Below are positions 40,101 to 53,660 of a DNA stretch of 64,000 nucleotides, in pieces. Location of the stretch: positions 9,169,150 through 9,233,149 of the forward strand of contig OZ037772.1 of the NCBI GenBank assembly GCA_964035545.1, in the 5' to 3' direction. Within the stretch, counting starts at the first letter, position 1. Each line of letters starts with the position of its first letter. A program made the translations under genes and the position numbers. The notes under the pieces are model-generated. The model saw only the letters and a program-made list of their open reading frames with translations. It searched no databases and was not told where the DNA came from. Origin of the DNA: Bugula neritina. Lineage: Eukaryota > Animalia > Bryozoa.

Positions 40101-43100
40101 ACAACAGGAATTTTCGAAAAGAAGCTTTTACTTATTTTAACATATCTAAAATTGGTTTCGAATTGGATATATATGTTACGTTCAATAGAGTTACTGTTCA
40201 TATTCACCGAATTTTATTAATAACCATGTTTAGGCGTATTAACAAGTAAAGCCTGAATTATATACCTGCAGCCTCTTGCATTGTGAACCAGTTTTTAAGT
40301 GTAGATAACTCTACACATATACCAAAGAATTATTAGCATAAACTTTAAACTGATAGCAAAACTGCTTCATGATTTACCAGATCTTCTAGGGTTTACTTCA
40401 AGTTAAAAACTATCAGCTATCAACTATTATTAGTAGAGTTGAAAATATCGTATCCTCAAATTTTGTTCAGCAGCTTAGAAATAAAATAAAAAAGCACTAA
40501 CTTTTAATCATTTTGCAAATTTAATTTTTTGACATCTCTGAAACTGGTTTTATAATTTTGCTTTATGCTTTTGTGTTTAGTTAAATAGGTTTAACGAAGT
40601 TGGAGTTCATATTTATAACATCATAATAAAAACCACACGTGTATGTATAGGCAAGTGTAGTTTTAACAATCTACAATCAGTCTTTTGCATTGTGAACCAG
40701 TTTCAAGGTACAGACAACTTCGAGTTATTAGAATAAATTTAAAACTGATTCTCACCAGATCCCAAGAGTCGTGCTCTCTGTCCAAGTGGCTTATTCGGGT
40801 CAACAGCTATTTCTAGGTGCATATTCCATCTAATAGTTTTTAAAATATATATATGATCTGAAAAGAAACAATTTATAATCAGTGTAGGTTATATTCGTTG
40901 CTAATATGTGCAGCACCTATAAAGTAAACAGTTTTATATATTTATGTCATTGCTAACAAATAAACCTAAAAGCATTTACTGTTGAAAATAAAATATACAG
41001 GTTTCAATTGCCAAATAATTATAAATATAATGATATTATTTTGTTGAAGGTTATTCACGATAAGGTTTTCAACTTCCGCAAAGTTGAATGAACTACATAT
41101 AGTTAGTTTATTCTGGAATTATATTTTTACACGACTAAGGCATATTAATACAATTGCAGGGAGTAGTAATACATGTGTAGTGAGTAGTAATACATGTGTT
41201 ATAGTGAGTAGCAATACATTTGTAGTGAGTAGTAATTCATGTGTAGTGAGTATAGTGTAGTAATACATCTGTAGTGAGTAGTAATACATGTGTAGCGAGT
41301 AGCAATACATGTGTAGTGACTAGTAATACATTTGTAGTGAGTAGTAATGCATTTGTAGTGAGTAGTAATACATGTGTAGTGAGTATAGTGTAGTAACACA
41401 TTTCTAATGAGTAGTAATACATTTGTAGTGAGTAGTAATACATACTAGTATCAACACATTTGGCAACTAGCCAAGTATAAAAGCCTTGAGTTCTCCGTAC
41501 ATGAGTCAAAGCTGGAGTCCTGTGATTCCTCAGAGGAACAGACCAGGTGATGTGAGGGTAGAAGTTATCATTCATTGTGACTGTAACTGTTTGTTCATGC
41601 TTAGTGGGTCCGGCGATAGTAACTACCTGTATTTCATAATATGTAATAATTAGTCATTATGTCATAGTTGTTACACATCAACATTTTCAAAAAGAATTGC
41701 TATAGAAATTGAAACCTTTTTTTTTATTTAGTAAGAGCACTTTGACTATTGTTTTAAATATTATATAAATAGCTTTAGTTACAGCAATAGGCAAAATATT
41801 TTTAATAAGGTACATTATATGTAGAGAAAACAGTAAAAATGCTTTTATAAACTAAAATTTAAGGCATGCCTTAAATTTTTTACAATTGATACATGGCTAG
41901 TACAATCTAACCTTATACTTGGTGAAGCTAACATAAATAAATCTAAAATTTTGCATAGTTTTCTTTTGATATACGAACTGTACAGTTATGTACAAATACT
42001 TTTACAAAAAAATTTTTGCAACCATGTTATTGAAAAAGTTCCTTGGCCTGGTGCTAAATATTGCATGTGAGTTGTATAGATTTGATTTTAATCATTGATT
42101 TGCATAAATCTTCGCTTGAGGTTAGAAGCACATCGTAGGTGTTGTTCTGAGAGTTATCTCACCTCTGTACGGGAGCCGTACCATGGGTAGTTTCTACCGT
42201 CAGAATCACTTATCATTGGATAACCTCCTATAACAGGAAATAGAGACAGAATACATTTTTATAGGTTATAAATTTGTACAGAAAATTTCATAGACAACTC
42301 ATATCTACACTAGGAATTGTATGTCTGGTTCCAAAGTGATACTAAATTGTTTGTCATAAGTAACAAAATACAAGGAGCTGATGCTTTTAGATTATAGGCA
42401 AGTTCTTTAGTTTAAATATTGAGAACTTCGTAGCCTTAACATCTGCAAGCTTATTTTTCTTTTAGGTAAAAAACACTTGCATGTCACTAGGAAATTTTTT
42501 TTAATAATTTTCTGTTTACTGCTTTTCCTTACATTTAATAGTTCAGCTCAGCAGAACAAAAAGCACTCAACAGCTATTATTCTTAGATTTTCTCAAATTC
42601 AACCAGAGTTGATAAAAGGAAAACCCAAAAGTACCTGTTTTAAGTTCTGGGAATTCCCAGCTGGAGACTCCATAAGAACCGTAAGTGTTTAGAAACACCA
42701 TGTCGGTACAGGCTTGTATCCACCCGACTTGCCAGGTTTCTTGTTCAGGAATCTGGGGTACCTTAACTGTTGCTGATGCCCTAAAACAATAACGAAAAAA
42801 ACAGTTTTAAAAGTTTGGAGTTATCTTTTCGCAATCACATGGCTACCTTTTTTGTTATGTTGTTTTTTAATATGTTGTAGACCTTAATATGCCACATTAA
42901 CAAAGATTAACTATCGACAAAAAGCATTTCAAATGCTTCAATTATATTCATAAACTTTTTGTTGAACACAATAAAAGAAAGACTATATATAGTTAAAATG
43001 TGAAAACTGATTTAATTTCAAAAAGCAAAACATATTAATTAAAGAACCAGCTTAAGACTTTATTACAAAAGCATGTTTTGACTAAAAACTTGATAATCTC

Positions 43101-46100
43101 CAAAGAATGAAGCACTTGAACGCATGAAACAATGGATGAAAGGTTTTGATACTTATTGATTTTCATCTTTTCATGATATAACCAAATTTTTTTATACTTG
43201 CACAATAATAAACTATGACATTGGATTAAGTAATAATGTAGAAAATAATAATAAATTGCTCTAATAACAGTCTGTAGAATTACGCCAGATGTAATAATAA
43301 ACTAGATAATCCCTATTGTGTTAATAATATGTCAAATGTGTTTTGCATAATTTTGACCATATTATAGGTTAGTCAATTATATCTCCGACACATCTCTTTG
43401 CTATACCCTCTCAGTTTATAACTTCTACTTCAACATTACTTGCCAACCAATCAAAAGAGCAACTAATAAAGTCTTAGTTAAAGCTTGTTACAAGCACACA
43501 GAGCCAAGTGGCTTTCATAACAGCTAAAGAGAAAAAAATTTTAGAAAATGCTGAGCTTATATACAGTAACTATCAAATATACAGTAACTGGCAAATATGC
43601 AGCTATAATAGCAAACAAGCAGTAACTGGCAAATATACAGCAATTAACTATCTTGAACTTGCTAGTTGCTGCATATTTGCTATAGCAAAAATGCAGCAAC
43701 TAGCAAATAAGTAGTAACTAGCAAATGTACAGCAACTTATAGCAAATGTAGTGCAATTGTATTAGATCTTTTAAAATTATAAACATTTGCAACATCTCAT
43801 AATTTTATACTGCTAGCTAAACTGTATGCAGTTATATCTAAACCTTTGTATAATAGTATATACTTAAGTTTACGGTATAGTTACCAACTTTACCTAAAAG
43901 ATTGATCATAAGTTACTATTTAAAGTGGAATTATAGCAGATATATCTGGTTATATTATGATTAAGCAGGGAATGTTGAAAGTCACAATCACTCACCTAAA
44001 ATGTGGAGTTCGATATTTGAGTACAGCTTGGGACCGTTCATCTATGCTAGTTGGTTTTTCATCTATGGTTGCGCTTAGATTAGTAATTGTAACTAATCCA
44101 TCTAAGTTCTGTGGAAGTTTATCCGGCCTCTTTCTGGTGGATGGTGTTAGACCTGATCGTCTGAAAAAGAAAAAGAAATTTTGTTAAGATTTCTTTATAA
44201 GCTATAATTTCGCTTTGTGCTATATATACTCTATTCAATACACCTTATGTTTTGAAATAATAAATATAAAATCAAGTATTACAAAAGCTGTACAATGTTG
44301 TTTATTATTTATTATGTAACACTAAAAAATGTGTTTACATGTTATTGTTATCGTTACGAATTAGCAAAGGTACGAATCAAAAACCTGCTGCAATTTTCTA
44401 TAAATGAAATAGCTGCTAATTTAATTCATTTGAGTCACTAACTGATGAATAGCAACTTATTATGGCAGAAATATTGTTAGAAGTAGCACTAAGTGGGGGT
44501 GACTTAGTGCAGACTTTTCATAAACACTATTGTCCAAACTCAAAGCCCCAACACCAAAAATTGATACCCCAAACGAATGCACTCAGTGACCACCAACTAG
44601 TTACTGCTTCTAGCAGTTTTCATATAACCGCTACAAATAGATGACACAGCTAGCACTGTTGGACATTGATTTTCTTATAAAGTAATATATAGTGAATTAC
44701 TGTATAGCAAAAGAATTCTTGGCAAACCGTTGTAAAATCTACAGATTAATATTAGTCATTCCAAAGTACAGTACTATCTTTTCAAAAAGTAGAACATATT
44801 AGAGTTACTAATTTATCTGACTCATTATAGAATTCATTCTAAATTATATCATTAATTTTTAATAAAGCTATATCTTTTGGCCAGTGACTCACAATTTGCT
44901 GTAACATAAATTTTTTTTTAAGATTTTGTTGATAATTGTGAAATTTTCAAACATGCATTCATAATCTGCATGTTCAACTCGCAGAAACATAAAGCATTAC
45001 ACTATAGTGGCTACTGGGGATTCTTAACACCACAGAGGATAACCATGTGTAGCAAGTGCTTTAGTGGTTGACGTCGAATTGCTCATCAAATGTATATTAA
45101 ATAATCTTTAAACTCCTTACAAGATACATATGATAAGATAAATGCAGATTATGAGTATTTAATTTTATTGACTTCCTTTATAATAAAGCTTTAAACCATT
45201 AGCTAGTAAGCGTAACTATAAGTAAAGTATCATTTTGAGTAGACAGTTGGTTTATATTTTAACACTTGCAAAAAGGAGATAAATTTAGAGTTTCAGTCAG
45301 AAATAAAAAGCACAGCATTAATTAATTATTTAAAAATAAGCAGTTATAAAATTAAAGAGGCTGCTCACAGGGATAGCGTCTACAAACCAACATGAGTTTT
45401 ATAAATGAAGCAGTTGTATATGCTCATCTTGACGTGGTCTAGGGGTAAGCGCATTTGCCTATAGTAAACGCGAAGTCATGAGTTTCAAACCCTGACAAAG
45501 GCCATTGGTGATGTTAGGAAGAGCATCCAGTCATAATTGCTCCTGTGCCTCACAGATGAACAAGTCCTTAGCCCGATTTAACAAAAACCCTTTCCATCAG
45601 ATTTTCTCACAGTGATGGGGACTATAAACTTGCGTGTTTTGTAAATAGACTAGTAGTTAGCTCACCTTGGTATACTGTGACTAGAACCAGCAGAGCTGTG
45701 TTTAGAACTCTTCTTACTGTGACTGGGAGACCGAGAGGAAAGGGACGTGAATGTGTGAGTGCTTGATGCCGCATTTGACTGAAAAAGATAAGATAACTCT
45801 TAACATTCTGACATAACAATAGATTGGTTGCAGGATATGGAAAAAATCTAAAACTTACACACAGGTAATATCCTATTTAAGTTAGATATTTTTGGGAAGT
45901 CTGCTTATTTGCAATTACAATGTATATGCTATTTTTCACAAAAACACTCAAATAAATTTTTTATGTATTGAAAAATAAGCCTCAATCTTGATGTTTTTAA
46001 ATATTATATATTGACTTTTGTCATAGTTGAAACTAATTTGCATGCAGCATGTATCACTGTAGGTGAAACCCCTTTTATTCACACAGATTCATAGAACCTA

Positions 46101-49100
46101 TAAGTGTTGTGTGAAAATCCTTTTGGCAAATTTAATCCAACTTAATTTTACTTGATTGCTTTTTGACCGCTATCAGTGTTACATGAATCATAAATGAGTC
46201 ATGCCGAAATTTCACATCTATACCATTATTGATTGTGAGTGAATTGCTTGGACCACTTTACCAACTACATTATTGCCCAATACCTTTAGAGTTGGCTAAC
46301 TTTAGATGCAGCCTTATCAGACTAGATAATTTTAACTACGGTAGTAATAATTGGTTTTTTAAATAAACTAATCAAAATAAGCAAAGTTTTATTTACACCA
46401 AAAAATATATTCTCGGTGATCTAAACAAGCAAAGGGAGCAGCCGTGGTCTAGGGGTTTATAGAGTGTTTGCCTAGTAAACACGAAGTCATGGGTTTGAGG
46501 CCGGACAAAAGTTATTGGTGATGTTAGGAAGAGCATCCAGTCATAATTGCTCCAGTGCCTCATCTAAACAAGTCCTTAGCCAGTTCTAACAAAATCCCTT
46601 CCCATCAGGGGTTTCTCAAAGGAATAGTGACTATTTTTTAAAACATGCAATTGAAAATATAGTAATGCAACTTTTAGGTGATTGCATTTGTTCAAATACA
46701 AAAAATATCTCCTTAAGGAATGAGTTTGATTTATTTAAATTTCTGTTTTTTTTTAATTTTGTCATCCAGGGTCTTAAAAGGAATCCCGAAAGGATGTCTA
46801 AACTGAAGATGTCATGCATCAGAGTTGACAGTGACTGCTCTGTAAACCACAGAGTTATGAGTTTCCACTCATACAATGCAAGAGTTTATTTCTACTCACA
46901 GCTGTAAGTTCAAGAATAAAAGCAAAAAAGCAACATCTTCTTTAAGTTTCGGTATTTCCAGCTCATCACAATTCATGCCAATAAAATTGCATTAATTGTT
47001 TATGTTAATGGAGTTGAAGTATAGCATGAAAGTATTAAAAGAAACTTAATTTCTAAATCAAACATCTATTTGAGCTTTCAATGAATCTAGATTATATGCA
47101 TGCAGTTTTTCATAAAATTACACAATATAATAATATTATATTATATTATATTATATAGTATAATATTATATTATATTGTATTGTATAATATTATATTATA
47201 TTATATTGTATTATATTATATTATAAATACACAAGATTAAATTTTCATCTTTTAGAGTTTGAATTGACGCTTTAAAATGAAAGGGTATATAACATTACTT
47301 ACATTAATATAATACTTTCGTTGTTTAGTAAACAAACTTAGTTGTAATATATCTTTAAGTCAAAAGTATCTACCAAAGCTTATAAATGATGTGTTTAAAG
47401 CAAAGTCCTGCATAATGTGACAGGCTGCATGTGGCAGTTAGTTGCATCATAAATTAAGATTATTAGATTAAGCAAATTACTTCGAACTAGACTTTTGCCC
47501 CAGTCTGTCTGATATTTAAAACGACCTAGCTTAGGTTATATTAAACCTTTAAGTTACCCATTTGTTGGTAGATAAATACTTTTAAAAAGATTACTGTAGT
47601 AATTGAACTTCTAAATGAAATGATTTAAAGATTTAGTTGTCTGTATTTATTGCACAGTGTCACACATTTCGCAATATTTCATCTTAAGCTTTAAGAACTG
47701 CAATTTCAGATCAAATTGAGAATGTTTTGTAAATTACAGCTCACTAGTTTAAACAAATGTTGTGAATTTATTAAGAGAAGCAAATAGTGGATAATTTATC
47801 TACACATCTTTAGGTTTTAATCCCCGTTTTATATACAAAGTTAGTTCCCAAAGGTAATGCATGCAGATATTTATTTAAACTGTTTTCTTGTTGATTAACA
47901 TTTCATTAAAAATTTACCATTTAACAAACTATTTTGATCTAAAACCAACCATAAGTCTATAAATAATATAATGAAATCTTCCAACCACTTTTTGCTAGCA
48001 ATAAAATAAAGTATAAACTTGAAACCAGTGCTGTCAACAAAACTATTCAAACTTTTAACCAAATATATTTTTCATAGTAGTGGTTTTTGTCCCTTACCAA
48101 CTTTTATTGCAAAAGTTTGGCTTTTTTGGCTATTTTTAAAATCATGGCATATCACATACTATTATCTGAACTGCCATGTGAGAAGCTTTTTTAAATTGTT
48201 ATTTTTAGCACATCAAATAAATCAATTTTTGATTTGTTTGGGGTAATTTGCAGTTGTTTGCAGCAATGACAATTCTTCCAAGTGAAAAACGTTGCAGAAA
48301 AACTAGATTCTTAGTATTATGGTATAAGACTACAAAAACTAATATATAGTTGTGCTTGTACATAATTCAGAAGTTTTTCAACATAGTATTATTACATTTA
48401 TCAAAATTTCAAAATATTCTGCTATTGCATATAGCATAAAATCAATCTCATAAATTATTATTTTAGAACATTAATTACCAGGCTTTCTACTGAAATCTTC
48501 AATACTTCACTTACGTACTAATAATTGATAATCGATTTTAATTGCTTTTGGGTCAATTATCTCAATGTGGTGTCTTAACATTTACTTTGATCCCAGGTCT
48601 AACTAGTTAAGTATCCAATGCATAAATTTACCATCAGCTACATTTCACATGTTACAAGTAAAGTTATAGAATAGCAGGTGGTTAAAAGGAAGGGTGACTT
48701 CTTTTGACAGGTTTGCATGGGTTGGTGCTTCCACCTCATTTGCTACTCATTGTACTGATAACAACTGTTAATGTTTCATGCTGTAAGGGCCATAAACCTT
48801 ATGGTTTAAGTTTTGTATTAACTAAGTGCACTTGTAATTATATCAGCTATATTGTTTTATACTTATTTGCACTAGTTGCATTTTGCTACCGCTACCGCTG
48901 CTGCTGCTGCTGCTACTGCTACTGCTACTGCTACTGCTACTGCTACTGCTACTGCTACTGCTACTGCTACTGCTACTGCTACTGCTACTGCTACTGCTAC
49001 TGCTACTGCTACTGCTACTGCTACTGCTACTGCTACTGCTACTGCTACTGCTACTGCTACTGCTACTGCTACTGCTACTGCTACTGCTACTGCTACTGCT

Positions 49101-49261
49101 ACTGCTACTGCTACTGCTACTGCTACTGCTACTGCTACTGCTACTGCTACTGCTACTGCTACTGCTACTACCACTACTATAACTACCTACTACCTCTATC
49201 ATATACTTACTCTGTTTATAGAATCTGCATTGTGTCTACTACTACTACCACTTGCTCCCAT
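37121..49261 (-). CDS. FAM78: FAM78A/B-like protein, canonical copy (~337 aa) with a Ser-rich N-terminal extension
   Basis: Exons 49261-49211, 45778-45666, 44160-43996, 42780-42635 (146 nt), 42227-42163, 41626-41446, 40857-40756, 39654-39527, 37183-37121. The core closely matches vertebrate FAM78 as I recall it: SATIDEKPTSIDERSQAVLKYRTPHFRASA, ETWQVGWIQAC, SSWEFPEL, ISDSDGRNYPWYG, MNDNFYPHITWSVP, FYTWLVA, ILKTIRW, VDPNKPLGQRARL, PPNANSAQNLIWYP. The first two exons are less certain than the core. Confidence 0.92.
38155..38430. mobile_element. Old MITE with ~45-bp imperfect terminal inverted repeats
   Basis: TAGATACACTTTGCCATACCGCAGGCCTTAACATAAAATATCAGC versus the reverse complement of the right end, TAGAAACACTTTGCTGCACCACAGGCCTTAATGTAAAATGTCAGC. 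Confidence 0.6.
39163..39377 (+). mobile_element. tRNA-derived SINE, full length with 18-bp TSD
   Basis: A box TGGTCTAGGGG, B box GGTTCGAGCCC. TSD TATATATATAGGGTCAGG at 39145-39162 and 39378-39395. Confidence 0.92.
41161..41445. repeat. Minisatellite, ~21-bp unit GTAGTGAGTAGTAATACATGT
   Basis: Tandem array abutting the donor site of canonical FAM78 exon 6. Confidence 0.9.
45366..45640 (+). mobile_element. SINE copy preceded by an extra SINE 3'-tail fragment
   Basis: Tail fragment CTCACAGGGATAGCG at ~45366, then the copy from CGTGGTCTAGGGG (~45433) to ACTATAAACTTGCGTG. Confidence 0.8.
46434..46634 (+). mobile_element. tRNA-derived SINE copy
   Basis: GGGAGCAGCCGTGGTCTAGGGG...GGAAGAGCATCCAGTCATAA...ATAGTGACTAT. 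Confidence 0.88.
48886..49170. repeat. (GCTACT)n hexamer microsatellite
   Basis: More than 40 near-perfect units in the first coding intron of canonical FAM78. Confidence 0.95.
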
Positions 49262-51419
49262 CTCTTCTGTACGGACACACAGCAACTGGAAGAGTTTAGC
49301 TCGGATTGAGTGACGGCTAGACTTGAGCAGAGCTGGGTCACACTCCAAGCCCTCCAACCCGTATTCTGTAAAAGACACTCTCAGTCTTCATATGCATTTC
49401 ATAGATATTGTGTAGTCTCCTAATACACGTCAGCATGCTTGCTTATTAAACCTCAGGATTTTCCAAAAGTTTGGTTAGGAACATTAAGTCATGCATTCAG
49501 ATATGATTTTTTTGCCATAATGGCAATTTCTGTTGATTTAGCAGAAGGTTTTTGCAAACCAAATTTTTTACCAGAAATTTGTTGTTTATAGCCCAAAACA
49601 TTAATGAAATATCTGATCAATTTATTCACAACTTTACGTTCCATGCAAATTCTGTTCAGAAACCAAAAGTGGTTTTTTTGGGCATAATTGCTTATAAGTT
49701 CTTTCTTGTTTCAACGGCCTGGCCTGCAGTTCCCTTTTTGCATCTTACGATAAAGGTATCTACATATCTAGTCTTGCTCTCTGGCTCTAAGTTTACAATC
49801 AAACTGCGAATATTTTTCAGAAGCAACTCTGCAGACTGTTTTTACATATCAGTAGCTTTAAAGTTAGAAATGACAGAAATCAATCCTTCTACTTAATTTT
49901 ATGGGAAATCTAGGTCAGAATATTAGTTAGATTCAAGTCATCGTATTAGCTACTTTTAAGTCACAGTACTGTGACATTCAAGTCATTACTGCAGGATATT
50001 TAAGTTATAGCATAGCATATCTTAGCATAAGCTCCATTCAAGTCATAGTATAATACCTATTATTAGAGTTTTAAAGCAAATCTCAAACTGTCTTGTCTTG
50101 TAGTTTCCTAATAAAAATGACCAAAGAAAATAATTTATCATTTGAATACTTTTTGATCAAAGCTTTTAGAAGCACTGACAATGATATATGTCTATAATTT
50201 CTAGTCATATTTATACAGTGTCAAGTGAATTATGTTAATTTTCATAAAAACATAGCTCTTGAAATAGACAGAAATTAAAACTAGGAATCTAATTTCACTC
50301 TGTTAATCATGCGGCAAAGGAAAAAAGAACCAGTTGGCAATTTATTGGTTGGTGCATCATTAATTACTTTTCACTTAAGAAACTATTGCAAAATATTGTT
50401 GTAGTGTCACTTCACAGGCATATGTTGCAATTAAGACAAGGACTAAAAATACACATTGCAAAATACTTTAAGAAAAGAAATGGTGAGCACTGGCAAAAAA
50501 CATGATTTCTTCTAACAAGTCCTTCCTGCCATGAATGATCAAACAGTATTTAGTCCCCTATACGACTTCTATACTCAATATCTTTATGTCTGGTCACAAA
50601 AAGTATGATAAAATAAATTTCTTTCCATTATTAACATCAGATGAAAAAATATCTATAAATAAATAACCATCATTATAAACAACATCAGTACAAAGTTTAA
50701 AGTTTGCATGCTCCTAATATTATCTTTTAATTTGTCACAATGATGGAATTAAACTTGTAATCAAACAGTTGGAGTGATGGAATCTACAGCATTAAACCTA
50801 TTATATTGACATAAAGTAGACAGAACAGTGAAAGAACAAACTAAGGGATGTTGGTTGACAAGCTGTATGGTAGATTGTATATTACATATTAGCAGAACTG
50901 TAACTTTTGATCCATATGCAAAAAAGCTTGAAAGAAAAGCAATATTAATTAATGTATTTTAATCTGATTACAATTTAAAATCTGGCTGTAATTCCTTTGG
51001 TCACAAACATGGCACTGACAAATATTTGACATTTTCTTAACCAGTCACTTAAATTTGGAGGCTCAAGCTTATATTATCCATGTGATCAAGTAAGACATGC
51101 CTAATGTGTCAGTAAACTTGGTGCTGAACAGAAGTTAATCTAGTCATGCTCAATTAGAATGGAGATAAAACATATTGCTTTACAATGTCCTAGATGCAAA
51201 TTAAAGCTGCAAAGTCTCAACACGGCATATGCATATTCATTATTGTTGCATATTTTATACAAGGTCAATTACAGGAGTGCATGCATCTTGTGTCGCTTAT
51301 ACTACATGTTGTTACATGAACTTTTCACTCACGGACTAAGCTCTGAAGAGCATGAGCTTATATATAATCTTGCTTTAAAATGATCTTTTAATAAACAAGT
51401 TCAAATATGTTTTATGAAC

Positions 51420-51615
51420 CTACACAAGTTTATAGTCTTTATCTCTGTGAAAAGCCCAGATGGAAAAAGTTTTGTTAAAACAGGCTAAGGACTTATTTTT
51501 ATGTGGCACTGGAAAAATTATGATTGGATAATCTTCCTAACATCATTAATAGCCTTTGCTGGGGATCAAACCCATGTCTTCTTGTTTACTATAAGTCAGT
51601 GCTCTAACCCCTATC
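51420..51615 (-). mobile_element. Degenerate SINE copy
   Basis: Reverse-complement similarity to the family (CAGGCTAAGGACTT, CCTAACATCA, CTCTAACCCCTA). Confidence 0.75.
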
Positions 51616-53554
51616 ACCTGTTTAGATACATGTCATGTTTTTATATAAATCAACTGAGACCAAGTTTCACTAGAAGCAGAAGATCAAAAGGTGAAAAGAT
51701 TAAACATGCAATTAATATAATTTTCTCCAGCAGATGATACATAAAAAAGCAAAAAATTAATTTCTTGGAAACCAAGTTTAATTTTCCCAAAAGATTATTT
51801 TATCGTCTTTACTAAGCAGTTCACGACATTGCTATATATGCAAATCACAGATTTAGCTAATTCTTTGCAACAAAAAAGCTATGCCACATCCTATTATGTA
51901 ATCATTGTGTAACAATTTCAAACACAAGTAACTATTCCATGCTAAGGCATTTTTAATCCTGTCGTTTTGCAAGTCCTATATAGTCTGACATGGAGTCTAT
52001 AATTATTAAAATTAACTTCAACTGCAAACAAATTCAAAGCTCATGTTAAAATATGCCTTTTAGTAAGTGGCTAAGCTATACTTTAGCTGTATACATTCTA
52101 GTTACCATTTTCAGTGCAAGAAGCTCAGGGTACTTAAAGTAATCTGTGTTTAGCAATAAGCCATTCTCTACATGTAGAAATATTTAAGCAATCTTGCAGT
52201 GTAGCATATTGTGAAATTTAAAATGGAGTTTACAGAGTCAATTTTGGTTGGCCTTATGCAGTTTAGACTTCGTTTCTGAAGCCATGCTTATGCTCAAAAG
52301 ATGAAGATGGATTAAACATGCCACATCTTTCAAATTTTAAATCCGTTATGCTTTTGTTTGCAGCTTGAAATAATGTATATAGTTTAGACTCTTTTTGAGT
52401 GTATTACAAGCTGTATAATATTTTCAACTGTAACTTTTATCCTGCATTTTTGCAACTTGAAAACACTTCAAAGATTTTCACTCAAGTGTATGGATAACAA
52501 AGAGGTTTTGCATTAGACTGCAATAACAATAAAGTCATGAAATAAACTTCTTTCCTTTTTCTCGTTTCAACAGCCAACTAACCTGTTCTGCAGGGATTAC
52601 TCTTGGATGCATTGTTACTGCAATCCGTACAACAATGACATTTGGGTCTTTCCGTACGTCTCCATTTTCTATCAGAGCCTCTCTTTCTATCCATTTGTTA
52701 ATAATATCCTTACAGAACCTTTGTCAAATGTGTTTATAGATTTTACAGCTGCTGTCAACCATTAGAAGTCCTCCAATATATGCTTTGTAGAAGCAGTTTT
52801 TCCTATTACTGATAGCGACTTTTAGTCACAACTTGGTATATCGGTATATGCACTTCTTAAATAAAGTTTTGTTTAAAACCAGGAGCATTGATAGTAGCCT
52901 TAGTCAAAGATGTCTTTCAAAGATTGAGAATCACTGTTCCTGAAGTAAACTGAAGAGGGACCAACTGGGAAGCAGTGTTAGTAAAAAGCACTCCTGGCGT
53001 TACTAGCAGAAGATAACTAGTCGTTATAGCCAGTATACACTCCTGAATCTCTCCACCTCTGTGATTTATTGCGGTTAGTTCAATCAACCGAGACAACTTA
53101 CGAAACAACTCCTCAAGTGGCGTAGAGACCCGATTACCATAACCCATGAGGAATTCTAACATTTCGTTACGCATATATTTGTAATTACGTGCCATCAGAG
53201 TTAAAGGTTATTGCGAGATATCAAAGCCACACAATGGGAAGTGATGAGAACAATTTGCACCATCTATACAAAGATAATTATTATACTCTTGTTTTGCTGA
53301 TAGCAACTGAAACCCTGCATTGTTGTTAATGTGAATAATCAAGTGTTGGTAGATAGCCTTGTTATCATGTCCTGTGTTCATTTCTAAATGATAAACAGCC
53401 TCAATCTTTGAGTTTTCTATTATAGAAAAACCAAGGCTATATTTTTAACAGCTACCAAATGTTTAAATATAGCCTCAAAAACTGAATACTGTGATAATTT
53501 GTGCCTTTTTATCTACAAAATGTTACACGCATTATCTTACAAAAATCACACATG

Positions 53555-53660
53555 TTTGTAGTCACTTTCCCTGTGAGAACCCTTGACAGGCTAAGAAATT
53601 ATTTATATGCAGCACAGAAGCAATTATATATGACTGAATGTCTAACATCATCAATGGCCT
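53555..53660 (-). mobile_element. Partial SINE copy
   Basis: TAGTCACT..CCCTGTGAGAACCCTTGA...TAACATCATCAATGGCCT. Confidence 0.6.

Noticed and set aside
41119-41445. Repetitive Tyr/Thr/His ORFs extending the FAM78 exon
   Set aside because: Intronic minisatellite; the exon ends at the GTATG donor at 41445 and continues in frame at 40857.
46631-46907. ORFs in the first coding intron of canonical FAM78 as an extra coding exon
   Set aside because: No phase-compatible donor found and no recognisable similarity.
48704-49313. Poly-Ser, poly-Leu, poly-(CY) and poly-(AT) ORFs
   Set aside because: Artefacts of (GCTACT)n; the plausible exon is 49261-49211 on the minus strand, ending at a GTAAGT donor before the repeat.
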